A stretch of DNA of 64,000 nt from Fistulifera solaris (GCA_030295235.1 AP026162.1:372001-436000), one strand, 5' to 3'; positions 49,513 through 61,883 are shown, numbered from the stretch's first letter. Notes: generated from the sequence alone by a model not told the origin. Program-made: numbers and translations.

Positions 49513-50702
49513 TTACTTGAGTAAATTCTTTAGAGCGAGCCACTCAAACACGTTGCTGGGACGAGTTTGCCACCAGAAACCTGGCCAGTGCTGCATCCAA
49601 GAAGACTCTCTCAGATTGAAAGCGTAGTCGAGCGGAGGCTCCCAGCCGTGCTCTTTATAGATGCGAGTTATATCATTCAAACATTTAGAACGCCGATCCA
49701 TGTGTCCGGTGCCAGAGCTAATACCACTGGAGAGACCCGTGTCGGCAATGTTACCTTCCACGTAAATGGGAATCTCCGGTACATGAGCTTTGGATTCCGC
49801 GCGAGTTACATTCGCCACGAGAATGGACATCGCAACGTCTTCACAGTTTTTGTATTGATCGACATAGTCCAAAATTTCTCGTGGGTGTTCTTCGTTCCAG
49901 TACATGGCCATGTAACGTTCCTGAAGAAAACACGCTTTGGTCAAATGAAATTCATCTGCTGCCGCAGATAAACATTGGGCCAAGAATAGTAGGTCAATTC
50001 AATGTCAGCTCCAGCATTTTGGATTCGGGAAGGAGCGGAAAGTCGTGGATAGTAACCCACCATTGACTGTGGGTGAGCACGCCACGCGTCAAAGCCCGCT
50101 TGCAACGATTTGCAGCTGACACGAACATCATCGTCCACCATGAAGATGGCTTTCCAGGCCAAGCCTTCAATGGGTAAGAACCTACTGTTCAATGAGTCTC
50201 TCGGAACACGAACAAAAGTCAAATCAGAGTTGTTGCTCGTGTCGCCTGGCCGTAATTTGCTGCTTTTGAAAAAAGTGGAGGGATGGGGAGGGGTGACATC
50301 CAACTCAGCCCACACTATGTAAATGTGATCAACGCCAGATCGCTTTCCACATTTCGAGCCATAGTGTGCAATAGCTTCTTGTAGTTGCTTGGGGCGTTTG
50401 TAAGTGTTAATAATGACGGCAAAGCTTGTCTCTTCAACGAGGAATTTCTCCGGCAGTCGATAACCGCCCACAACGACATCTCCCAAGAAGCAAATTGTTG
50501 ACACAGCGAGAAAAAAGAACAGTATTTGCAAGCCCGTTCGACAACCAAGGGAAAGTAAGGACCATCGAAACCTCAATTCTATCCAAAATCGTGTGCATCG
50601 CGGAACGTTAGTCGACGAAGAAGTTCGTCTCAATTCTACATTCTCCGAGGTCGCTAAGCTTTGATATTTCCGCGGCGTCGCAGGTTGCCTTACTCGCAGC
50701 AT
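49513..50702 (-). CDS. Glycosyltransferase family 64 (exostosin C-terminal/EXTL2-like), type II membrane; apparent frameshift near 49950
   Basis: TM segment, INTYKR, SLNSRFLP, MVDDDV, VGYYPR, LTKACF, NCEDVAM, RRSKC. Confidence 0.9.
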
Positions 50703-51256
50703 ATTAGCAGTCACCTTGAAAACAAAAAACGATGTAAAATACTGAGGCGCTGAAAGAAATAATAATCTTTCTAATTGCTTTTCCATTGCAGCAGTATCGT
50801 CATCATTTTTTTGCATTTTTTCGATGCAAGCGATGATGATGCAACGTCGTTGCGTATAGCGGAGATGAATAGGGACAGGGATACAAACGAACGGATTTTA
50901 TTGCGACCCTCGAAATTTTCGTCTACACTTTGGTCTACAGTAAAATTGCATTTCAACTTATTGTCAACTTGTTCACAAGAATTTCGAGGCAATCAAACGA
51001 GGTATCTATTGCAAATGACGCCTATGGGAATTGAATGCTCCGCAAGCTAGCAGATCAACGGTGAAATAGGACTCAGTCTGTTTTTTTTCTAAAAAAGATG
51101 ATGTTTCATGACTCATGACCAAAACAGTCGTGATTAAGGTCGTAATAATTTTAGAAGTGCCAGTAGTCTATGGCAATAAAACTTTAGCCATAGATTGTGC
51201 TTTCTGTCGTCAAAACTATAAGTGTCATGTAGCATGTCGAGCGCATCCGCAAATTG

Positions 51257-52042
51257 TTAGGGGTCGGCTTCCTCTATTCGTTGTTCCTCTGAAATGGAAG
51301 AGGTCACTTTCTTCTTCCGGACGACTTTCTTTGCCGAATAACCTGCTGGAGGGTTACCTTTTAGTAGTAATAGATCTTCTTCTACAGGATTCTGCATGGG
51401 AGGAACAAATCGCGTTCGCGGCATCCATATCAAATCGGCACCCCCTTCATAAAAGACGCTCTCTAACTCCGCCACTTGAGGAAGTATATCAGCCAGCTTC
51501 CAATCTCCAACTTTCGTGTATGATCGCTTTTCCAAGTCAACTTGTTCTTGAACAGGTCGGATCCATGTGGTTGTCTCGCTCAAGAACTGCAAGGCAGCCA
51601 AGACCATTTCTTTGGCATCCATCATGGGCGGAACCATTCCTGGACGTACGGCTAATGCACACGTTTTGAGAAAGGCTTTCGCCGTCACGTTTCCTCCATC
51701 ATCGTCGACGACTTTCAAGAGACTTGCTAGAAGACTCATGGATGACGGAACCTGCTTCGCATACTGCAAAATCGTTTCGTCGCTCATGTTGCTGTCGATC
51801 GTCTTGAGTGTTTTAGGTTTCTTGACAGGAGGCGGTCCTGTCAATCCCGTATCATTCAAAGGATCCACCCGATGGTCTTTTAGTATTCTGCGCAACAAAT
51901 CCTTCTCTATATCGTTCATCTCCTCGGAAAGCAACTGCTGCTGCAAGAAGAGGAAACCCGCCCCGCGAAAATTTTGAGAATGACGGTAGCGATTGCTCGC
52001 CATGGCTTGCTCGACTTCGGCAAGAGACGGATATTCTGCCAT
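51257..52042 (-). CDS. Hypothetical protein (nuclear-like basic motifs)
   Basis: 261-aa ATG-initiated ORF with protein-like composition and PPVKKPK; no family confidently recognised. Confidence 0.6.
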   Translation of the reverse strand: MAEYPSLAEVEQAMASNRYRHSQNFRGAGFLFLQQQLLSEEMNDIEKDLLRRILKDHRVDPLNDTGLTGPPPVKKPKTLKTIDSNMSDETILQYAKQVPSSMSLLASLLKVVDDDGGNVTAKAFLKTCALAVRPGMVPPMMDAKEMVLAALQFLSETTTWIRPVQEQVDLEKRSYTKVGDWKLADILPQVAELESVFYEGGADLIWMPRTRFVPPMQNPVEEDLLLLKGNPPAGYSAKKVVRKKKVTSSISEEQRIEEADP

Positions 52043-53130
52043 TATGAATTGAATAAAGATGAAGGAAAGTATACAATAATAAAAAGCAATTAATAAATAA
52101 AGGCTCGCGATTCATCATCAAACACCGCATCGCATTATTTTTCTTAATAACCTCAGTCCCGGGTGCATAGGTCCCGGGTCTGACGCTATGCGATATCTCC
52201 ACCGGGGACCGAGCCGCCCACATGCGGAAAGAGCGAATACGAAATAAGTTACCCGCACGCACTACTGCTAGACACTAAAGAAATGTTGGAAGCGGCAAGT
52301 GTAAGGAAAAGAAAAGCGTCGTTGCAAAAAAAGACTTTCAGAATTTCCGTCTGCCTCAAAACAAGGACAGCCGTACATCTGCTAATCATAGTCGAAAGTG
52401 TACCTGGTAGTAACCTTAAGGTTATCAACTTATCCACGACTGCACTTCAGTCATGAATCAAAGTTTTTTCGACGACACTGCTGACCACAATACGTTCGTT
52501 CAGCATGTTATTGAGCTCCTATCTGGCATTATAGCAAAAAATAGGCTTTAGCAGCGTTGGAATTACACGTCATTGTATTTTTGTGTCAAAGCGCCTAGCG
52601 AAACGTTGTCTTCCGTGTTTACTATTGAATATAGTGTTGTCCGTTTTCGCCACGATTGCATTTCAGTCTTGAATCAAAATTCTGCTAGCCTAGCGACAAT
52701 GCTGCAACACTTTGATCGTTCAGCAAATAATTATCTTGGGCTTCATTTGTCTTTATTGCAGTGAAATAGTGTTTTGCAGCGGTTTTTTTTTTGCGTCGAG
52801 GAGCCTTGCGAAACGCTTTCTGCCGTATTTACTATGGACCAAAGTGATTGACTGCAATTCATGAATCTAAATAATTCGTGATGATTTATGATTACAGCAT
52901 ACTCTCAGCTTTTTTTAGATGTGAAAACACTGCACCCCTATTTTTTACACGTCCAGATGGGAAGGCCGAGTACGAAAACATGAATCTAAATGGCACGAAA
53001 AGAAAATGCCAAAAGAGTCGCCTACAGCATCCGAAATCCCTAACCTTAGACCTTACCGAAGACTAGCGTAGCTAAACAAGCTAAAGAACCAAGATCAAGC
53101 GCTTAGCTATATAACCAAAGAAGAAATAAC

Positions 53131-54997
53131 TTATTTTCGTTTGAATATGGCCAATGTCTCCACATGATCGCTCCCTGGGAATAGAACGTATCCAGTTGCA
53201 CTTTGTAGTACCCACCCAGCAGGACTAGATAGAAGACACTCACAATCGCGAGCCAAGGCGTCAAAGCCGCAGCTCACATAGATCAAAGTCTCTACATCAT
53301 TCACCCAATTCACTTTGTCGTCGAACATTGTCAAAAACGTCGACCTTTCGACGTATGGTTGATTTGAATTGAAAGGTTTGCACAGCTCGTCCAAAACCTC
53401 GGCTTCAAGTCCTTTCCGAGGTGGATCTACAATCAGTACCTGCGCACCTAAAGCCTGACCCGCCTTTAGCGCTTGTCCAGCAGAAGCCACGAGATACGAT
53501 GGCTCCTCTCGCTTCGAACCTTGCGATGTAGGCGGTGTTTTGCCCGATTCGACCATTGAAGCAAGCTCTGCCAAAGTCAGAAACTTTTCATCAGAATCTC
53601 CCTGCATTTGTCCGACGCCCCGACCGGATACATTTAAAGGTAACGAATCGACTGCTCGATAAAAGCAACGAGAGTTCGACGGATTTTCATCACTGCAGCG
53701 AATCCATGGAAGGGGTGAAGATCCATTTTCTTCGTTGGCGTGATACGAAAGCGCGGTAAGACCTAACACGCCCACACCAGCGTATAGTTCGCAAACCTTA
53801 CTGCCACCCGGAATAGCACGCGCGACGTCTTCTGCAAGTATGTCAAACCCATCCAGATTCCCTTGACGAAACGTCAACGGAGAAAAATACAGCCATCCTT
53901 GATCCGTCGCCGGAATGGGTTCACGAATAAACTCTGGTCCGGCAATTCGATGCCACCTTCGAGGATTTCGTGAAAAGATGTTGTTGCCAGTACTATCGTT
54001 GCAGTGACACCAGAAGCTATGCCAAAGATCCGGTTCCTTAGCCTCCAGTTCTTTGATCAGTCGCGACAATGCGGGTTGCGTCTGTTTTAGCGTTTCCGCA
54101 TTCCAGATCAATGTGAGGCAGATCTTTCCCGTAACACGTTCCACTTGAAACTGAACGTATCGCAGTCCGTATTCTCGCGTGGTTTCCTGGTACGCAGCAA
54201 TTCCCAACTTTTCGGTTGCATCCACCAAGGCATGGACTGCTCGATTGATAGAAGGATGATGAACAGCACAATCGGGAATTTCCAACACTGTATGTGTTCC
54301 CTGCCGAAATAGTCCGAACTGACATCCATCCTTCGACCAAGTAGAGCTTTTGGGAGCAACGGCCAGCTTCGCTTGCGTCCTCCACGCTTGAACTTTAGAA
54401 GGAACAACTACCTTGTAGAATCCGTCGTCTTTCTCTTCCGTAGCAAACGGCAACCCTCGATTTAAAACATCTACTCGTTTCCGGCGTACGGATGTGGAAG
54501 AAAAGTAGAATTTAGCCGACTGTACAACACCGACTGCCGCCACATTTTGATCGACGACACAGCCTGAGCAATCTTGGAAGTGCTTGCACCCAATCGCCTC
54601 CCTCATGACGGCGTTGATTTACAGCAGGATTTCGGTTCGCCATGTAATCTGTTATCACTGGACGAGGTCCTGTTGGCCGAGTCCGTCGCTTGGAACTTTC
54701 CGAGTCTCCTACTTTGAGCTTTTTGGAATTTGGTTTGCTTCGATTTCGGTTCACTTTTCCTTTTGCGTCATTCCTAAATTTCGGACTGGCATTCTTGGAT
54801 GATGACAATAGTGAGCTGCTAAGAGAAAATCTTGTTGCCGATTTCCTATCTAATGTAACGAATGCCTCGGTTTCAGAAAAAGTGGAAAAGAACAACCATG
54901 ATAGGAGGAGGGAGAAATAAGCAGTCGAGCTCGTTCCTCGTCTCCGCCGGTGAAAAGAACCAGTGTTGCAGCTCAACATTTGTCTATGATGACGCAA
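53131..54997 (-). CDS. TrmA/RlmD-family uracil-5 RNA methyltransferase, predicted organelle-targeted; apparent frameshift near 54610
   Basis: CKHFQDCSGC, WRTQAKLAV, FRQGN, ELYAGVG, VDPPRKGL, IYVSCG, FPGSDHVETL; TEA-FV leader. Confidence 0.9.
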
Positions 54998-55326
54998 TGA
55001 TTAATATCCTTCTACCGATTCAAATAAAGTAATCAAAGGTTGTTTATCCTTCCACCGAGCAATGAAAGTACGGAGTAGAATGGAAGGAAAAAATGTTTGT
55101 GATTTTTGTGATGGCGGTGATGGCGCCGCGGTCGGAAAAATCGGAAACAATACGAGGCGATGATCGCATGACGCATGACAGACGTGTCCGTTGCGGTACG
55201 CGGTACGACACGCATGGAATATTATTCGAAGAACGCATTTTGCATTTTTTTGCCCTCATTCGTCGTCGTTCGTCATTCGCCTTCATCATTCATCGATGAA
55301 GCGACAGACAACAAGAAAATAAGATA

Positions 55327-56235
55327 ATGATTGTCTCCAAGAACCTCAAGATCGTTGCAGCGGGCCGGGGACGCTCCATGTCCCTGCCTTCTATTGCCGA
55401 AGCCGTCCTCAGTCTCATTTCTGCGACGACAACCAGTTTCAACCTTGTTTACTTGGGCACGGCAACTTACGACAAAGACGAAGCATTTCTCATCCAAACA
55501 GAAGCTTACAGAAAGCTTCCTAGTTGTCAAATGATCAAGCTAGATGTGAGTGAGGCAGTCGACAATATACCTTCGGAACAGGAAACACGAGACGCTATAC
55601 TGTCCGCTCATGCTATCCTCGTCAGCGGCGGCAACACGCTTTACGCCATCAATCGCTGGAAAGAACTCAAAATAGACCAATTCATTCGACAAGCAGTCGA
55701 AGAAAATCAACCTGTTCTTTGTGGTGGAAGTGCGGGAGCTATTTGTTGGTTTGATTACGGACATTCAGATTCGATGGACCCGACTACCTTTCTCCATGTG
55801 GACCCAAACTTGACGGAGGAGCAGAAAAGCGACTGGGAATACATTCGGTAAGGACCTCATCAAGCGAAGGCTTTGAGATTTGTCTGTTGCTCTCATCCGT
55901 GATGCATCTAAAGAGTGGAGGGGCTGGGGTATCTACCAGGGCTTTGTGTGCCCCATCACGACGCAATCCAAAGTAACGGAGTTCCTCGATCAGAGGACTC
56001 GGATGCGATGCTACTCAGGTACCCAGATCAGATCAGTATTGGTATTGATGAAAATGCTGCATTGATTGTAGCGGATGGACGAGCTAGAGTTATTTCAGCC
56101 GACGGAAAGGCAGGGTGCGTCCTAAAGAAAGTGATTACTCCCGAGAACGGCCCGACTGTCATTGAACGAATATCCTTCCCACACAGCCACGGATCGGTAC
56201 CAGTTGACCTTCTACTAAAGTGTCGCATGAGTTAG
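55327..56235 (+). CDS. Peptidase S51 (dipeptidase E-like); intron 55848-55913
   Basis: YLGTAT, VSGGNT, GGSAGAICW nucleophile elbow, CVPHHD, IGIDENAAL. Confidence 0.9.
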
Positions 56236-56788
56236 TTATGATTGACCCTTTGCATCCGAGACGGCTTGGTATGTCAGAGTTATCGACGCGAAAACATTTG
56301 CAACTGGTTTCTCTTCAAGCGCTCGAAAGACTCATCAAATAATAATGAATGTTTTTCGCATTCACGCTGCCGTACGGTTCCAAAACGAAATAAAGAGTCT
56401 GCTGTTGCGGCGCACTGGCGTGTATGCGCATTGTCGACACTCAAAAAAGGAAATAATTTATTAATTTTCTGTGTTTCGTGAGTTCATGAGTTTTCCGTCA
56501 CCAGCAAAATGATAGTCTCGCCTCTATAGAGGTCTCACGGGACACGGGACTCATAACCATCATTTTTTTCACTACCTGGTAGCACACTACTCCGTATAAT
56601 AATGCGTCGTATGATGTATGATAGCAATGACAATGACGTCACAACCTTCAACCTTACCAGGTATAATACAACGTGATGATTCACGCACACTCCCATTTTT
56701 TCTTCTATTCATTCATCGGCAAGAACGAATTGCCAGCGCAACAAACAACTGCTAATTTCTCTCGTTTGCTTAATGTTCCCCTACTAAA

Positions 56789-58276
56789 ATGATCCATTCT
56801 ACATTGCAAAGGCTTTACTTGTCACTAATTCCCTTCCCAATCTTGACTCTAACCTTTGTCGCGAAACAATCAGTTTCTTTTGTGGTGCCCAAAATACACA
56901 CTCCATCATTTCGCCTCGGTATTTGCCGGAGACTGTCTTCGACGACGACGTTTGAGGAAGACGAAACGCTCAAGTGGGAGAGAATGTACGAAGCAGGAAG
57001 GTACGACAGGAGTGCAGTCGATTAAATTTAAATTTATCAATCACGCACATTGCCTCACCGCATTTGTTCCCTCTAGCAAACCGGTGATTTTTGAAGACAA
57101 AATTGAAAAAGTGAATTTGAAAAGCGAAGTGAGAGTCGTTTCGTTCGATCTTGACAATACACTGTGGAACACATCGGCTACAATTGACGCTGCCAATGAT
57201 GCGCTCGCATCTTTTTTGGATTCGAGAAAGATCGTGCAACCGATACGCGTAGAAAAAGTAATGGGGGAGCTCTTTCAGAAAAACAAAAGTCGATACTGTC
57301 CACTGGACGAAAGAGCCAAAGCCCCTGTTTACTTGACCTTACTAAGAAAAGATGCGATACGGAATGTTTTAGTAGAAGCCAATGGCTATTCCACCGAGGA
57401 AGCAACTGCACTATCGGAAGAAGCATTCGAATTATGGGTTCAAGCGCGACACGATGCCATTCTGAATAACATGGCTCGTTCTGCGGCGAATTGTTTGAAG
57501 GAGATATCTTCGATGCAACGTAAGGATGGTCATCGTATAATCATCGGAGCGATAACGGATGGGAATTCAGACCCCCAGCGGGTCGAAGCGCTGGCACCAT
57601 TTTTCGATTTTTGTATAAATGCCGAAAGCGTTGGTGTCGGAAAGCCAGATAAACGAGTGTACTTGGAAGCGATCCGTCAAGTTGCTTCTATGCCATCAAT
57701 GCAAGATATTTTTGGAAATTCGCCGCGGACTCTACCTGTGGATTCCTTAGAAGAGAAAGTGGGTCCCTTCTGGGTACATGTTGGAGACGATTTCACGAAA
57801 GATGTCGTCGCGGGGAAAGGACTGAATATGAGAACGGTGTGGTGCCGTGAACTTATTTTAGATAATTTGAAACAACAGAACCTAGTCGACGAGGAGATAC
57901 CTCCGGAGCGTTCTGTAGAAGATCTCGTAAAGCAAGTTTCCGATATGAAAGTCGTCAAGATGGAAATCGGAGCAGGAGACTACTTGTCCGACATGCTGCA
58001 AAAGAATTTGCGGACTCTGTCATTGATAGTTTCATCGATTTAAGCTCTGTACTGAAAGAGTGGCACACAACTGAGACACCCTCTGCCTCGTCATCACTTC
58101 CAGCGGAAGACGCACAGCAAGTGTCACCGCTACAATTGGAAAAGTCAAGTTCACGAGCACTTGCACTAGAGGCCACAGAACCAGTGAACGGAGACGAAAC
58201 GAAGTTTTGTATCTTTTGTGGGACTAAGCTCCCTTCGGTGGCTAAATTTTGCTCGGGTTGTGGACAGGCACAATAA
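56789..58276 (+). CDS. HAD-superfamily hydrolase with C-terminal zinc ribbon; intron 57001-57076; apparent frameshift near 58005
   Basis: SFDLDNTLW, AITDGN, GKPDKRVY, WVHVGDD; C-terminus KFCIFCGTKLPSVAKFCSGCG. Confidence 0.87.
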
Positions 58277-58439
58277 TTATTTCGTAGTTCATTAATGACT
58301 GTTGTGCATCTAAAACACGTTGCGGTACTTTGTATACGCGTTTGCGGTTTGCTAGGGCGCTGGGAGAAAGCTGAAGTCAGAAATGATTCATTCTGTTCAT
58401 GGTGATTGGTGTTCATTGTCTACGGGAAAGGAGGAGTCA

Positions 58440-59810
58440 TCACCGCCTGGCTAATGATTCGACCGCACAAAAGATAACGCCCGCCGCAGTTTCGTTCCAA
58501 TTTTCAATCCAAGCACACTGACCGAGAAGCTGTTTTGAATATCGATCCAAATCGCCGAAGGAATGATTCGGAAATCGAGAGTCTTTGTGAATAGACCCCA
58601 AAGGCTTTAAAAGATTAACGAGCAAGTCGGCCAGCTCTTGGCTTGATTCAAAAACACGGCCATTCACATCGTCTTGCACCAACTCAGAAAGACACGCAAA
58701 GTTCACCGCGCAAACGGGAACGCCGCAACCAAACATATCCAAGATTTTCATTGGTAAATCCAATCCAGAAGTAGAAGTGTGCAGAGAAATTCCCAAATCG
58801 GCGCATGCTAGTAGCTTGGGGTAATCGCTAGGTTCCAACCAGACCGTTTGTATCGCAATATGACGCATCCCCAACTTTGATATTCTTTCTTCATAGATCT
58901 CTTTCTGCGGCCCTTTGCCAGTTACTACAACAAGACATCGTAAATCAAGGCGCTTTGCTTGAATGAGTCGGTCCATGATCACGAGGGCGTCGAGCAATAT
59001 GCCGAAATCTTCGTCGGGTGTCCAGGAGGTCGAGCTCACAATCAACGCAGGTCTCCTCAATCGAGGGAGATACTGATTGTTCTCACAGCATTCTGTGAAA
59101 AGCGTTTGATGTAAATTGTCTTTCGAATGACTCCATTCTCGCGGGCAATTTTGGCACAGTTGTTGATCCAATTTCATCAAGATACTATGTTGTTCGGCGA
59201 CTGATATTCTTTGAAACATGGCCGGCGGGCAGTCGTATAACACCTGTATGGGAATACTCGCCCTGATATTCATGTTTTCCTGTAAAAATTTCTTCATTGC
59301 TCTTGTGACAGTGAAATGCGCATCCGCAAAGGGCGCCATGCTTTGTTCGTATCTTCGGGCTAGTTTTTGAGCGGCACCGGCGTCTAACATAGAATACCCC
59401 AAGTTGTGCCAGTCAATGATGAAAGCAGGTCGTTTGCCGTGCCAGAAAGACATGATCTCGCAGTATAAGACACAAATAGCCATCATAGGCATCGCAGGTG
59501 GATTTTGAACGATGATACAATCAGCGACACTCGGAACGGAAACGAACAGTGCCCACATCAGCCACAAAGTTAAGCTCACTATTCTGCAGACGAAATAGAT
59601 GGGTAAAAATTTTCTCAGAAATGAGAGCGGTGGCGGCATAAATCGCACAACACGGAGTCGTTCTTGGTCCTCTTGCAGCGCCGGTATCAAGTCTTCGCCG
59701 GTGTAGCCCAGCAGCGTTACGTGATGTTCAGCTTCGAGCAATGACATTGTGTGATACTGCATTCGAGGAGATCGCCCTACGTCGCCGAGAACAGCCACCA
59801 CAACGTGCAT
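58440..59810 (-). CDS. ALG1: Chitobiosyldiphosphodolichol beta-1,4-mannosyltransferase
   Basis: VLGDVGRSPRMQYH, QNPP, IDWHNLGYS, SSTSWTPDEDF, TGKGP, HTSTSGLDLPMKILDMFG. Confidence 0.96.
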   Translation of the reverse strand: MHVVVAVLGDVGRSPRMQYHTMSLLEAEHHVTLLGYTGEDLIPALQEDQERLRVVRFMPPPLSFLRKFLPIYFVCRIVSLTLWLMWALFVSVPSVADCIIVQNPPAMPMMAICVLYCEIMSFWHGKRPAFIIDWHNLGYSMLDAGAAQKLARRYEQSMAPFADAHFTVTRAMKKFLQENMNIRASIPIQVLYDCPPAMFQRISVAEQHSILMKLDQQLCQNCPREWSHSKDNLHQTLFTECCENNQYLPRLRRPALIVSSTSWTPDEDFGILLDALVIMDRLIQAKRLDLRCLVVVTGKGPQKEIYEERISKLGMRHIAIQTVWLEPSDYPKLLACADLGISLHTSTSGLDLPMKILDMFGCGVPVCAVNFACLSELVQDDVNGRVFESSQELADLLVNLLKPLGSIHKDSRFPNHSFGDLDRYSKQLLGQCAWIENWNETAAGVIFCAVESLARR

Positions 59811-60004
59811 TTTCCTGTGTACTTCTTTACGAAAGGAACTAACGATTCATTCCCCTAATATTATGTTGAAATAGTTTTCTCGGAATGCTTTTCGATTTAT
59901 TTATTTTCGACGCAATTCGTTATTCGTTTTTGTTTATTGTGTTGCTAGAGACTAATCAAAAGGTTTTGCAGATAACTTAAGGATTGGGCTCAGTGTATAC
60001 TTTG

Positions 60005-60590
60005 TACTCCGTAATACGGAGTGTACCTATGGGAGCTTGACGAAAATTCAGTCGGGGTCTCGTAGAACCAACACATTGATTCTATAGTGACAATAGCAGT
60101 CAACGCGATCGAATTTCCGTTACGCTCCAACAACGGAGAACGAATGGAACGGCGACAAGCTTGGCCACAAATGATAGAACAAAATGAATTTTCGAATATA
60201 AGCCTTTTATTGCTTCTCATTTGAAACGCAACATCTTGATTTACACTTTCAAAGAGCGTCCGGGTCGTTGACTGCTATTGTCACTATAGGATCAATGTGT
60301 TGGTTCTCCGAGACCGCGACTGAATTTCAGTCACTCTCCAACTCCAACTACGGAGAACGAATGGAACGGCGACAAGCTCGGCCACAAATGATAGAACAAA
60401 ATGAATTTTCGAATAAAAGCCTTTTATTGCTTCTCATTTGAAACGCAACATCTTGATTTACACTTTCAAAGAGCGTCCGGGTCGTTGACTGCTATTGTCA
60501 CTATAGGATCAATGTGTTGGTTCTCCGAGACCGCGACTGAATTTCAGTCACGCTCCCTGGTACACCCACCAGGTATTATGGGTGTAAATA
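60005..60590. mobile_element. Fold-back/MITE-like element: ~65-100-bp inverted arms enclosing a 217-bp direct duplication
   Basis: About 60042-60105 is the near-exact reverse complement of about 60483-60546 (and of about 60265-60328). Direct repeat units start at 60125 and 60342. Confidence 0.6.
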
Positions 60591-60749
60591 ATAGGGGGCA
60601 CACATTGGCGATTAAACTGATTTGCAGTCCCGGTTATTTTTTTCTCTGACGTACGTCAGTGCAGACCTCCGACAAGCCGATCATTCATCCCACCTCACAA
60701 GATCAACGATCTTTATGTGTTCATGATTCCGATCAGAGGGTTGAGAGCC

Positions 60750-61883
60750 ATGAAAACTATCCTTTTCGTATTCATTTCAATAATTGTGAGAAGCGCTCTT
60801 ACTTTTTCGACCCCGAGTACCATGGCAACTGCAACCGCCACTCTGTTTGATGTACCAGTGTCGAATCATGGCGCTCGATGTCGCCTCATTCTCTATAAAA
60901 AAGACATCCCATCTTCAGAAGTAAGCATTGTGTCTCCCGGAGAAATCGGAGGTCTCAAATCACCCGAATATTTAGCCCGTAATCCTTCCGGAAAGATGCC
61001 ATTGCTGACATGCCCTGATCTCAATCTCCACATTGCGGAATCCGACACTATCGCAAGATACCTTTGTAGCAAATATGCCGACCGAGGACCATCCTTCCTC
61101 CCGGAGGACCCTCGATCGAACTTGATCGCCCGGATTCATGATATTTACATTTCACCGATTCAAAGTTGTCTCTACAAGTATCCTCCTTTTGCAACATTCG
61201 GTACTCGCAAGGATGCGATTGCCGAACTGATCAAGCAACTGAACATTATTGAAAGTCACATTGTGGATGGCTCTGGACCCTTTCTCTGCGGCCAGGAAGT
61301 TTCACTCGCCGATGCTACACTATTCCCTACGTTGATCTTCATTGAACATATGTTACCCAAGTTTGACATTGAAGCTGGAATTCCTCCCAAAATGGCCAAG
61401 TGGTTTGCGAGTTTGAAGGTAAAAGACCCCGACTTTAAGAAAGTGTACGACGAAATAGCGGATAGTTTGAAGCAGTGGGACGCCAGTGGACGATGGGACC
61501 CCATACTTGGTGCGGGGCTTCGAGATACAGATCCTGCGACCTTGTTTGACAAGATTATTTCGGGCGCAATCCCCGCAGCCATCGTCAAGCAGGATGACAA
61601 GATGATGGCGTTCAAAGATATAAATCCCGCCGGGCCGGCACATGTTTTGATCATTCCGAAAGATCGAAATGGTCTTACACGCTTGGGAAAGGCAAGCGTT
61701 GAACACAAGGAAATTCTTGGTCATTTGATGGTCACCGCTGCCGAGATTAGTAACGACAAGTCACTCGGCTTTGGTGATGGCGCCCGCGTAGTGGTCAACG
61801 ACGGTCCAGACGGCGGACAGGAAGTTATGCATCTTCACGTTCACGTGATCGGAGGACGCGCCATGCAATGGCCTCCTGGTTAA
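60750..61883 (+). CDS. Glutathione S-transferase fused to a HIT (HINT-like) nucleotide hydrolase, with N-terminal signal peptide
   Basis: GST: SNHGARCR, NPSGKMP, IAESDTIARYL, VSLADATLFP. HIT: TLFDKII, AFKDINP..PAHVLIIPK, GGQEVMHLHVHVIGGR..WPPG. Confidence 0.92.
   Translation: MKTILFVFISIIVRSALTFSTPSTMATATATLFDVPVSNHGARCRLILYKKDIPSSEVSIVSPGEIGGLKSPEYLARNPSGKMPLLTCPDLNLHIAESDTIARYLCSKYADRGPSFLPEDPRSNLIARIHDIYISPIQSCLYKYPPFATFGTRKDAIAELIKQLNIIESHIVDGSGPFLCGQEVSLADATLFPTLIFIEHMLPKFDIEAGIPPKMAKWFASLKVKDPDFKKVYDEIADSLKQWDASGRWDPILGAGLRDTDPATLFDKIISGAIPAAIVKQDDKMMAFKDINPAGPAHVLIIPKDRNGLTRLGKASVEHKEILGHLMVTAAEISNDKSLGFGDGARVVVNDGPDGGQEVMHLHVHVIGGRAMQWPPG

Noticed and set aside
55327..56235. Bacterial contamination or very recent HGT for peptidase E (also considered for DUF1445 and the histidine kinases)
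   Set aside because: All contain spliceosomal GT-AG introns and are embedded among eukaryotic genes. Ancient HGT cannot be judged without phylogeny.
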